From: Candidatus Pacebacteria bacterium CG10_big_fil_rev_8_21_14_0_10_56_10
Lineage (GTDB): Bacteria; Patescibacteriota; Microgenomatia; UBA1400; PJMF01
DNA length: 52,671 nucleotides
NCBI GenBank assembly: GCA_002772645.1
Contig: PFDK01000009.1
Coordinates: 1-52,671, forward strand
Direction of reading: 5' to 3'
The notes under the pieces: model-generated
The model's database searches: none
Seen by the model: the letters and a program-made list of their open reading frames with translations, nothing else
Told to the model about the DNA's origin: nothing
Position numbers and translations under genes: made by a program
Part shown: piece by piece, positions 44,831 through 52,671 of the stretch
Layout: each line of letters begins with the position of its first letter
How positions within the stretch are numbered: the stretch's first letter is position 1

Positions 44831-45997
44831 ATGCTCGCCGAGCCCACCAGAGCACTGCTGCGCCGGGCCATCATCTGGGTGATGTCGGGGGTGGCGGTGC
44901 TGTTGGTGTTAAGTCTGGCCTGGCAGTGGCTGCCGCGCCAGCGCTCGGTTAATACCGGTGGGGGAGTAGGGGAGCAGGTTTCCCCGGCCGACCAAACTGC
45001 TCAGAGTGCCCGGGCTGGGCCTGCCACCCCAGCGCCGGAGGCCAGCGAACCAGCCGCGGCTGCCGCTCAGCCCCCGGCTCCCAACAGCACAGTCAAGCTG
45101 CTGCTGGTAGGGGACATGATGTTCGATCGCGACATCAGGCTGGCGGCCGAGCGTCACCCCGACGGGTACGACTTCATCCTGGCGCCGGTCCGGCAACTGT
45201 TAACAGACCACGACTTAGTGATCGGCAACCTGGAAGGGCCGGTGACTACCTTTAAGTCGCGCAGTGCCGGCTCCGCCGTCGGCTCGACCGACAACTTCCT
45301 GTTTACTTTCAGCACTAAAGTTCCCGCCTTGTTGGCTCGCCACCAGATGAGACTGGTCAACCTGGGCAACAATCATATTGGCAACTTCGGCCCGGAGGGT
45401 ATTGCCCAGACCGGCCGACTGCTCGATCTGGCCCAAGTAGAGTACTTTGGTTGTATTGGCCAGCCTCGGTTTGACGCCCAGCGCTGCCTGCGTCAAGTTG
45501 AGGTGGGGGGACTGCGCCTGCTGTTTGTTAACCACAACCAGTTTGCCGAGTACGATCGGCAGCGCGTTCTTGAGGAGTTGCGCCGTCGGGTTGCCGGCCA
45601 ACTAGCCAGCCAAACCGAAACCGCTCCAACTGCCCAGCCCGACCGACCGCCTGACCTGACCATCGTCTACGCCCACTGGGGCAGTGAGTACGTCACCAAA
45701 GCCGGACCGACGGTCCAAGACCTGGCCCGCGCTTACGTCGATGCCGGCGCCGACCTGGTAGTCGGCAGTCATCCCCACGTTGTCCAGCAGTCTGACCAGT
45801 ACCAGGGAGTGCCGATCTACTACTCGCTGGGCAACTTCGTGTTTGACCAGTACTTTGATGAAAATGTCCGCCGTGGACTGGCGCTGACAGTCGAGGTCGA
45901 TCCCGTCACCACACAGTTCACGCTCAGAGAGCACCAGCTCGAGCTGCGGCCCAACGGCCAGACTGTCTTGACGGACTCCAACACGGCCGCTAACTAA
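44831..45997 (+). CDS. CapA-family (poly-gamma-glutamate synthesis / metallophosphatase-like) protein
   Basis: LVGDMMFDR, GNLEGPVT, NLGNNH, YAHWGSEY and GSHPHVVQ. Confidence 0.75.
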   Translation: MLAEPTRALLRRAIIWVMSGVAVLLVLSLAWQWLPRQRSVNTGGGVGEQVSPADQTAQSARAGPATPAPEASEPAAAAAQPPAPNSTVKLLLVGDMMFDRDIRLAAERHPDGYDFILAPVRQLLTDHDLVIGNLEGPVTTFKSRSAGSAVGSTDNFLFTFSTKVPALLARHQMRLVNLGNNHIGNFGPEGIAQTGRLLDLAQVEYFGCIGQPRFDAQRCLRQVEVGGLRLLFVNHNQFAEYDRQRVLEELRRRVAGQLASQTETAPTAQPDRPPDLTIVYAHWGSEYVTKAGPTVQDLARAYVDAGADLVVGSHPHVVQQSDQYQGVPIYYSLGNFVFDQYFDENVRRGLALTVEVDPVTTQFTLREHQLELRPNGQTVLTDSNTAAN

Positions 45998-46068
45998 AAG
46001 CCCGCCGCCGGCCACGTCGATACTTTCAATAACTGGCACTGTACGCTCAGCAAGCTGGGACGATAGCC

Positions 46069-46473
46069 TCACTTTGTTCGTCTGGATCGCCGTTCCCGAG
46101 AACGTTTGGGCTGGGGAGGGTTGTCAAGGCCACTATCGAGTTCTTCCCAGCCGTCGTAGCGGCTGAAAAACTGTCTCAGCATCAAAAAAAGCTCGCCGGC
46201 CAAATAACCCAGGATGGCGTAGGCGATCAGCGCGAACAGCGTCGAGAAATCGATCACCAATCCGCCCTCGAGCTGTGAAGTTGGGAACATGCCCTCAAAA
46301 GGCGCCAGCAGGGGATCGGTGGTGGTCGTGACCCACTGGACAAACGGCGCCGTTTGGGAAGCGCCGAACAGCCGCAGCGCCACCCGCAGTACCAGTAAGC
46401 TCTCCACCAAGCCGGTCACAAAATTGATCAAGACGATGATTATGTCTGGCGGAGTACGCATCTGAGTTTGCAT
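46069..46473 (-). CDS. yggT: YggT-family membrane protein
   Basis: LLVLRVALRLF..FVQWVTTTTDPLLAPFEG..IDFSTLFA. Confidence 0.6.
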   Translation of the reverse strand: MQTQMRTPPDIIIVLINFVTGLVESLLVLRVALRLFGASQTAPFVQWVTTTTDPLLAPFEGMFPTSQLEGGLVIDFSTLFALIAYAILGYLAGELFLMLRQFFSRYDGWEELDSGLDNPPQPKRSRERRSRRTK

Positions 46474-46474
46474 A

Positions 46475-47059
46475 TCAGCGCGAGTATACCATGCATCTAC
46501 AATCGAGTACCGATAGCCAGTACTGACTGATCCTAGAGCTATCGATCAGCCAGCTGATCATCCCAGAGGTGAACAGAAAAACCGACTTTTTAATATCAAA
46601 AGCCGACAGGAAAGTACTCCTGATCGCTCCTCCCACCCCAAAGACACCAGCAAAGAACCCGGACAAAGACCCTCCCCATACGGCACCGGCGGTCGAAGGC
46701 TTAACCTTCCAACTGGGTCTAAAGAACAGGAACGAGACATAAGCCACTAGAAACAGTCCCAGCCAGCGCTGTAGCAGCTCCTCCGGCAAGGTAAGCGGCA
46801 GCCGAGCAGCCAGGAAGCTCAGCACAACTCCCGGCACGACGAACAGTAAAATCAGCCGCCAGTTAAATCCTTTCTTGAAAAAGAGCATTTTCCAGATGTC
46901 TCCAAACCAGTGAACCACCCCTACAAACAGCAAAACCGTTGGTAGCGGCAGGAACAAGGACAGCACCGGCACCATGATCGTCGAGGTCCCAAAACCGGTC
47001 ATGGTGCCCACGGCGGCGGCGGTAAAAGTTAGGAGGGTCAGGTAGAAGATCTCAACCAT
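46475..47059 (-). CDS. TauE/SafE (DUF81) anion-exporter family protein, apparently 3'-truncated
   Basis: GTMTGFGTSTIMVPVL and GVFGVGGAIRSTFL repeats; shorter than I would expect for this family, and the last codons run into the yggT promoter region. Confidence 0.5.
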   Translation of the reverse strand: MVEIFYLTLLTFTAAAVGTMTGFGTSTIMVPVLSLFLPLPTVLLFVGVVHWFGDIWKMLFFKKGFNWRLILLFVVPGVVLSFLAARLPLTLPEELLQRWLGLFLVAYVSFLFFRPSWKVKPSTAGAVWGGSLSGFFAGVFGVGGAIRSTFLSAFDIKKSVFLFTSGMISWLIDSSRISQYWLSVLDCRCMVYSR

Positions 47060-47164
47060 ACTTTCATTCTACCGCAAGTGTCGCCACCTACATTCCAAGT
47101 TGGGATCAGGATGGCGGACTCAGGGAGGGAACACCCAGCTTTAATTTTGATATACTCCTCCAGT

Positions 47165-47923
47165 ATGGCAGAAGATTTTTACGACAAGGTTGCTAGTAAA
47201 TTCGGAGGCTATGGGTACGGGACTAGCCCTCTATATACAAGCGAATATCCAGCAGGAAATCCTGAAAAGGTATTTAAGGAAAAACTTTTAGGATTGAGCT
47301 CAAAAAATAAAGTAGCCCTAGATATTGGCTGTGCTGATGGTAAGTTTACCCTTTCGATAGCGCCTTCTTTCCAAAAAATATATGGAGTTGACACTTCAAG
47401 TGTAAATCTAGATGTAGCTAAAAGTCACAGTGAGGATGAAAGGAGTAGAAATGTCGAGTATTTTTTACAGGATGCAAGCCATACTTCATTTGAAGATTCT
47501 TTTTTTGACTTAGCTTATTGCAGAAGAGGGCCATCTTATTATAAAGAGCAGCACCGTGTTCTTAAGTCAAAAGGACACTATCTTCAAATTGGGATAGGCG
47601 AGAAGGACACAGTAGAGCTAAAAAAGATATTTGGTAGAGGACAAGATTTTGGAAAATGGAACAGATCAAGATTGGATGAAAATCTAAAAACACTTCAATC
47701 ACTTGGGTTTAAAGTTCTTTTTGCGGAAGATTTTCATTACTTTGAGTATTACCCGTCCTATGCAGAGTTAGATTTGTTTTTACAAGGTGTCCCTATTTTT
47801 GAAGATTTTGATTCACAAAAAGATCGAGCATCATTGCAAAAGTACGTTGACAAGTTTTCAAGTGACAAAGGTATTCAGCTTTCGCGTCATCGATTGGTGA
47901 TGGTGATGAAAAAAGTTAGTTAG
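47165..47923 (+). CDS. Class I SAM-dependent methyltransferase (strongly AT-rich cassette)
   Basis: VALDIGCADGKFT motif I. Confidence 0.7.
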   Translation: MAEDFYDKVASKFGGYGYGTSPLYTSEYPAGNPEKVFKEKLLGLSSKNKVALDIGCADGKFTLSIAPSFQKIYGVDTSSVNLDVAKSHSEDERSRNVEYFLQDASHTSFEDSFFDLAYCRRGPSYYKEQHRVLKSKGHYLQIGIGEKDTVELKKIFGRGQDFGKWNRSRLDENLKTLQSLGFKVLFAEDFHYFEYYPSYAELDLFLQGVPIFEDFDSQKDRASLQKYVDKFSSDKGIQLSRHRLVMVMKKVS

Positions 47924-47941
47924 ATCAATTTATAAACAGCG

Positions 47942-48077
47942 TTGACTAGCCCCTAGGGAATAATTTCTTTTGGGGGTGTTTTTTTGACGCGCATTTTCAG
48001 TGTGCCATTAGTGTGCCGAAAGTGGGCCGTTTTGGCCCACTCGCTTAAAGTGAATTTTTTAGATATGCCAAGAAAAT
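47942..48077 (-). repeat. GGCCCAC-iteron element, copy 8 (both termini truncated)
   Basis: TTGACTAGCCCCTAGGGAATAATTTC..CAGTGTGCC ATTAGTGTGCC GAAAGTGGGCC GTTTTGGCCCAC..AGATATGCCAAGAAAAT. Confidence 0.85.
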
Positions 48078-48105
48078 GAAGTCACAGCTAGGGTAAAATA
48101 CAACC

Positions 48106-49257
48106 ATGAGTTTGGCTGTCGGGATAGTAGGGTTGCCCAATGTGGGCAAGTCCACCCTGTTCAACGCCTTGCTCAAGCGCCAAGCCGCCCTGGCAGCCAA
48201 CTACCCGTTCGCCACCATCGAGCCCAACGTGGGAGTGGTGCCGGTGCCCGACAGTCGATTGGCGGAGCTGGCCAAAGTGGTCGGCACCGAGGTCATCAAG
48301 CCGGCTACCGTCGAGTTTGTCGATATTGCCGGGCTGGTTCGCGGCGCCCACCGGGGAGAAGGGCTGGGCAATAAGTTTCTCCATCACATCCGCGAGACCA
48401 ACCTGATCTGTCAAGTGCTCCGGGCTTTTGACGATCAGCGAGTGGCCCGGGAAGGAGCGGTCGATCCGGCCCAGGACCTGGCCACTGTCCGCGCCGAGCT
48501 GATGCTGGCCGATCTAGCCACTCTGGACAAGCAAGCCGAGCCTAAAGGTGTTACCGACCGAACCGTCCAGCAGCGCTGGCGGCACATCCAGCAGCTGCGC
48601 GATTGGCTATCAGCAGAACAACTGCCCTGGCAGCAGTTAGCTAAGTTGGGTCAGAGTGAGCGCCCGCCCGCCACTCCCGTCACCGCCAAGTCCGCCACCG
48701 CCATCTCGACAGAACCCGTAGCCGCCACCGCCAGGGAACTCAACTTGCTGACCGCCAAACCGGAGCTGATCGTCCTCAACGTGTCCGAGTCTCAGCTGGC
48801 CGCCGGTATCGCGGAGCTAACCCGCCGGTACGCCGCCGAGCTGACAGTGCCGGCCCACAGCTTACTGGTGATGTCTAACTTGATCGAGAGCGAGCTGTCC
48901 AGCCTGTCTGCTGCGGACCAGCAGCTCTACCTGCGCCAGCTCGGTCTTGAACAAAGCGGTCTGGAGCGGTTGGTGACCGCCGCCTACCGCTTACTGAGCT
49001 TGCAGAGTTTCCTGACAGCGGGTGAGAAAGAGGTTAGGGCCTGGACGATCAGCCGGGGGACCACCGCCCGGCAGGCCGCCGCCGTCATTCACTCGGACTT
49101 TGCCCAAAAAATGATCAATGCTCAAGTCATCAACTACACGGATTTCCTCAAGGCGGGTGGCTGGAAGCCGGCTCGCGACCGCGGTCTGATTCGCACTGAG
49201 GGCCGCGACTACCTAATGCGGCCTGACGACGTGGTTGAGTTTAGGGTAGGGAGGTAG
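48106..49257 (+). CDS. ychF: Ribosome-binding ATPase YchF
   Basis: GIVGLPNVGKSTLFNAL; C-terminal TGS-like region. Confidence 0.9.
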   Translation: MSLAVGIVGLPNVGKSTLFNALLKRQAALAANYPFATIEPNVGVVPVPDSRLAELAKVVGTEVIKPATVEFVDIAGLVRGAHRGEGLGNKFLHHIRETNLICQVLRAFDDQRVAREGAVDPAQDLATVRAELMLADLATLDKQAEPKGVTDRTVQQRWRHIQQLRDWLSAEQLPWQQLAKLGQSERPPATPVTAKSATAISTEPVAATARELNLLTAKPELIVLNVSESQLAAGIAELTRRYAAELTVPAHSLLVMSNLIESELSSLSAADQQLYLRQLGLEQSGLERLVTAAYRLLSLQSFLTAGEKEVRAWTISRGTTARQAAAVIHSDFAQKMINAQVINYTDFLKAGGWKPARDRGLIRTEGRDYLMRPDDVVEFRVGR

Positions 49258-49328
49258 CTGCTGAGTTTGTCGGCGCCAGCCGAGGAGTTATTTTTTGAAC
49301 TCAGGAAGCCTCCGGCCAGGCCTCAAGG

Positions 49329-49492
49329 TATGCTATAATCACGCCTCAAGAAACGGTTCGTCTCTCGATGAAGTGGCTAGCTAAGAATCGATAACTACAG
49401 TACCAATAGTTAGCTCAAGCCAGCCGCCGCCTCGTGATCCAACGCTCAAGACAACCGTGAGTACAAGTTAGTACAATCTTGTACGGGAGTAC
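49329..49492 (+). promoter_or_regulatory. Candidate promoter (TGcTATAAT, 49331-49339) and ~150-nt structured 5' leader of rpsF
   Basis: Extended -10; hairpin GGCTAGCTAA (49375-49384) / TTAGCTCAAGCC (49410-49421); GGGAG 4 nt before the ATG. Confidence 0.35.
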
Positions 49493-50377
49493 ATGCCAAG
49501 CCGCACACCTAGTTCTACCAGCAAACTCGGTTCTACCAGCACAGCCCGGGCTAGTACCGCGGAAACCAAGGCCAAGGCTAAAACCCGCCCAGTTGCCTCG
49601 TCCCAAAAAACCACCGTTCCCAAGCAAGCTCCTGTTCAGCAAGCTACTTCTCAGGGCGCCTCTCGACCTACCACTCCTAAACGGACCGCCTCTGGACCTA
49701 CCACTCCTAGACAGATCGCTCTCAAACCCACCACCTCAAAACGGACCGCTTCCAAAAAAACCAACCCCAAACAGCCCGCCACCAGTCGCTCCCGAACAGC
49801 CACCACCCGCCAATACGAGCTTACCTACTTGGTACCGGTACAAGCCAGCGCCGAACTGGAGCCGCTCCGCGCCCAAATCGCCCAGTTGGTTACCAAACAC
49901 CGCGGCACCGTCACCCAGACCGAGGACTGGGACAAACATCGGCTAGCTTATGCCATCAATGCCGGCGGTCAGCTCCACCGGGAAGCCATCTTTACTCACC
50001 TAGGGCTGGACCTGTCACCTGACCGCGTCAAGACCCTCGACAAGGACATGACGCTCCAACCCCAAGTTATTCGCCACTTGATCGTCACCAGCGATGGCGT
50101 ACCATCGAGTATGGCCCCTGGCGAGGGCGGCCCAGACAGCGAGCCAAGTAGTGGCCCAGCCAGTAGTGGCCTAGACGGCGGTGGAAGCAGTATTCGGCGT
50201 AACAGCCGAGACATCAATCGAGACGGCAGCAAAAACACCGGTCGGAACACCAGTCGGGACGGCAGCAGCAACACCAGCCCAAAAACTAACCGAGACAACT
50301 CTGCTCGCCGCCATCGAAAACCAGCCACACGGCCTGGGCCCGGTAATGCTGACGGCGCTACGGTTGATGTAAGCTAA
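49493..50377 (+). CDS. rpsF: 30S ribosomal protein S6 with long basic N-terminal and Ser/Gly/Asn-rich C-terminal extensions
   Basis: Core RQYELTYLV..DWDKHRLAYAI..; no alternative start near the core. Confidence 0.75.
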   Translation: MPSRTPSSTSKLGSTSTARASTAETKAKAKTRPVASSQKTTVPKQAPVQQATSQGASRPTTPKRTASGPTTPRQIALKPTTSKRTASKKTNPKQPATSRSRTATTRQYELTYLVPVQASAELEPLRAQIAQLVTKHRGTVTQTEDWDKHRLAYAINAGGQLHREAIFTHLGLDLSPDRVKTLDKDMTLQPQVIRHLIVTSDGVPSSMAPGEGGPDSEPSSGPASSGLDGGGSSIRRNSRDINRDGSKNTGRNTSRDGSSNTSPKTNRDNSARRHRKPATRPGPGNADGATVDVS

Positions 50378-50436
50378 GCTCATATAATGACGGCAGTACT
50401 AACAACCACCCTTGGTAATAGCAGATAGGAGCACAT

Positions 50437-51102
50437 ATGTCCGCCCGTTCACTCAACAAGGTAATGTTAATTGGTAACCTGACCCGGGATCCCAACTTAC
50501 GCTTCACGCCCACCGGTACGGCGGTGTGTTCGTTTGGTTTGGCTACTAACAGGAGCTGGACCCCACCAGATGGCGGCGAAAAACAAGAGCGCGCCGAGTA
50601 CCACAACATCGTGGCCTGGGGTAAACTGGCCGATATCTGCGGTCAGCTGCTCCACATTGGTGACAAGGTGTACGTCGACGGCCGGATCCAGACACGCGAC
50701 TGGCGGACCGACGACGGCCAGGACCGGCGAGTGACCGAAATTGTTATCGATAACATGATGTTGCTCAAGTCGCAGTCAGGCAGTCGCGACTACGGTCGGG
50801 ACCAGGACTACGATGGGTACGCCGACGACTACGGTCAGCAAAACACTGACGGTAATAGCGGCGGTGCTCCAGATAGCGATGACGGCGATGTTGGCGGAAA
50901 CGGCGGCGATAGCCGGCCGGCCGGTTCAGGTCGCAGCCGCGGCAAAAGCAAGTCGGGCCGAACAGGTCGGTCAGCCGCTGGCGGCAGTAAAAGCACCGGG
51001 GGCAAAAGTTCCGGCGACGACCGCAAGTCTAAATCAAGGTCCGGCGGCGGTGACCAGGACGCCAGCGATGCTGAGGACATTGCCGATGACATCCCATTCT
51101 AG
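50437..51102 (+). CDS. ssb: Single-stranded DNA-binding protein
   Basis: LNKVMLIGNLTRDPNLRFTPTG OB fold; Gly/Ser/Asp tail ending DDIPF; AGGAG SD at 50427-50431. Confidence 0.9.
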   Translation: MSARSLNKVMLIGNLTRDPNLRFTPTGTAVCSFGLATNRSWTPPDGGEKQERAEYHNIVAWGKLADICGQLLHIGDKVYVDGRIQTRDWRTDDGQDRRVTEIVIDNMMLLKSQSGSRDYGRDQDYDGYADDYGQQNTDGNSGGAPDSDDGDVGGNGGDSRPAGSGRSRGKSKSGRTGRSAAGGSKSTGGKSSGDDRKSKSRSGGGDQDASDAEDIADDIPF

Positions 51103-51150
51103 CCTCGGAGCTAACGCATTAACTAGGGTCTCAACTTAGGACAACATCAT

Positions 51151-51354
51151 ATGGCCGCCCCATCTACCCGTTACCACCACCCGGACCACTTCAGCTACAA
51201 GGACGTGGCCAGCCTGCGCCGCTACGTCAGCGAGCAAGGCTACATCGTGCCCCGGTCTAAGTCGGGCTTGAGCATGAAACGGCAGCGCCAGCTGGCCAAA
51301 GCCGTTAAACGGGCTCGCCACTTGGCCCTGTTGCCGTTCACCCAGACTATTTGA
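51151..51354 (+). CDS. rpsR: 30S ribosomal protein S18
   Basis: [50 protein letters not shown]. Confidence 0.9.
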   Translation: MAAPSTRYHHPDHFSYKDVASLRRYVSEQGYIVPRSKSGLSMKRQRQLAKAVKRARHLALLPFTQTI

Positions 51355-51424
51355 CACGGCAGAGCTGTTAGGACCAGCTTCCTTGGTCACCCCGAGAGGT
51401 TCCGGCAGTGTACAATAAACCCTT

Positions 51425-52671
51425 ATGCGGGCTTCACTGTACCGGCTTCTGCCGGCCGTTCGGTCAGTCATCGTGGGCAGCTTATTGCTGGTGCTGGGCG
51501 GGGCGGTCGGCTTTCGGATAGCCGGCGGCGCGACCTTGCCGTTAGCAAACATCGTCCAGCGCCAGGTAGAGTACAGGCTGATCAACACCGAACAACCGCC
51601 TGAGGTCCAAGATGTTGAGTTCTCTCAGTTCTGGGAGGTTTGGGGCATCCTTCAGCAGGACTACCTGGACGCCGCTCGGCTTAACGAACAGCAGATGGTG
51701 TTCGGCGCTATCCGTGGCATGACCGCCGCGCTGGGAGATCCCTACACCGTTTTTCTGCCTCCCGAGCTCGACCAGCGGACCGAAGAGGACCTGGCCGGCT
51801 CGTTCTTCGGCGTCGGCATCGAGCTGGGGTACATCGACGGCACGCTGGCGGTAGTGGCGCCGCTCAAAGGTATGCCTGCTGACCAGGCCGGGGTGGAGGC
51901 GGGCGACCTAATCCTCCACGTCACCGATGATGTCAAGGGCTTGGACGAAGACACTCAAGGCTGGTCGCTTAATCAAGCTGTCAACAACATCCGCGGCTCA
52001 AAGCAGAGCACCGTCACCCTAACGCTGTTTAGGTCCGGCAATGGGGGAGAACCGTTCGCCGTCAACCTGATCCGCGACGAGATCGTTATCCCGTCAGTGG
52101 AGCTGGTGTTTGTAGAGCACGACGATAAACGGGTGGCCCACATTCAGCTTTCCCGATTTGGCGAACGGACCAAAGGTGAGTGGGACCAGATTGTGGCCCA
52201 GATCCTCCAGCAGCGCGACAGCGTCGACGGCATTCTGCTCGACATGCGCAACAACCCGGGCGGCTTTTTTGACGGTGCCATCGACGTGGCCAGCGAGTTT
52301 ATCGAGTCCGGCACCATCGTCACTCAACAAGGCAAGTTTACTTCCCGCAGTTTTTCAGCCAAAGGCGAGGCTAAGCTGGGGCGGTTCCCGCTCAGGGTTT
52401 TGGTCAATCGGGGCAGTGCTTCTGCTTCCGAGATCGTGGCCGGTGCCCTGCGAGATCGGGCCGGCGCCGAGCTGATTGGCGAACAGACGTTCGGCAAAGG
52501 CACGGTTCAGGACCGCAAACAACTGGACAACGGCTCCGGTCTGCACGTGACCATCGCTAGGTGGCTGTTGCCAGCCGGCGACTCAATCCAGGACGAAGGC
52601 GTGCCGGTAGCTATCGAGGTCCAGGATGACAGACAGACCGATCAAGACGAAGTAGTGCTCAGGGCGATCGA
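51425..52671 (+). CDS. ctp: Carboxy-terminal processing protease (S41), 3' partial at window end
   Basis: Signal anchor, PDZ (GVEAGDLILHV), RGSASASEIVAGAL and GKGTVQ; not in the ORF track because it is open-ended. Confidence 0.85.
   Translation, partial: MRASLYRLLPAVRSVIVGSLLLVLGGAVGFRIAGGATLPLANIVQRQVEYRLINTEQPPEVQDVEFSQFWEVWGILQQDYLDAARLNEQQMVFGAIRGMTAALGDPYTVFLPPELDQRTEEDLAGSFFGVGIELGYIDGTLAVVAPLKGMPADQAGVEAGDLILHVTDDVKGLDEDTQGWSLNQAVNNIRGSKQSTVTLTLFRSGNGGEPFAVNLIRDEIVIPSVELVFVEHDDKRVAHIQLSRFGERTKGEWDQIVAQILQQRDSVDGILLDMRNNPGGFFDGAIDVASEFIESGTIVTQQGKFTSRSFSAKGEAKLGRFPLRVLVNRGSASASEIVAGALRDRAGAELIGEQTFGKGTVQDRKQLDNGSGLHVTIARWLLPAGDSIQDEGVPVAIEVQDDRQTDQDEVVLRAI

Noticed and set aside
44710-44952. 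80-aa ORF downstream of element copy 7
   Set aside because: It is created by the 49-bp duplicated fragment of the alkA-like gene reading into the capA-like upstream region, so it is not an independent gene.
47060-47110. ACTTTCATTCTACCGCAAGTG upstream of the methyltransferase as the missing right TIR of copy 8
   Set aside because: Only the hexamer ACTTTC matches convincingly, which is insufficient.
1-52671. Diversity-generating retroelement, retron, prophage, integron, or tRNA/rRNA genes
   Set aside because: No reverse transcriptase, integrase, phage structural ORFs or attC-like structure was seen. No tRNA-like T-arm (GGTTCGAATCC-type) or rRNA segments were seen in the intergenic regions. 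This was a visual scan only.

Overview
GC-rich bacterial chromosome segment with dense, mostly housekeeping genes. By inference it looks like a reduced, CPR/Patescibacteria-like genome: rpsF-ssb-rpsR has no rplI after it, many genes look leaderless, and a CarS-like lipid gene is present. Recognisable genes: fmt-def, an O-antigen-ligase/TPR membrane protein, a divergent mreB-mreC-mreD-mrdA cluster, dprA, topA, nadD, nadE, a dTMP-synthesis neighbourhood (dCMP deaminase fusion, HIT-like, thyA, dut, DHFR-family, tmk), a CarS-like gene plus a CDP-alcohol phosphatidyltransferase, recR, hpf, cysS, radC, alkA-like, capA-like, ychF, rpsF-ssb-rpsR and ctp (3' partial). AT-richer accessory cassettes interrupt this backbone. 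Almost all are toxin-antitoxin modules or their wrecks (RelE-like, Phd remnant, HicBA, two VapBC, RHH-PIN, Fic, Doc remnant, PIN remnant). The others are a methyltransferase cassette and an orphan 451-aa protein. The most unusual signal is a non-coding, TIR-bounded, MITE-like repeat family present in 8 copies in 52.7 kb. Its termini are CCCGACTTTCGC / GCGAAAGTCGGG. Its core is a variable array of exactly 11-bp-phased GTGGGCC/GGCCCAC units ending in a GC hairpin. Copies sit just after stop codons. Two complete copies are flanked by long duplications of the host gene's 3' end. Several truncated copies abut, and one apparently encloses, TA or methyltransferase cassettes. No transposase, integrase, CRISPR array, rRNA or tRNA was seen. 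Start codons and all family assignments come from reading motifs by eye, with no database search.
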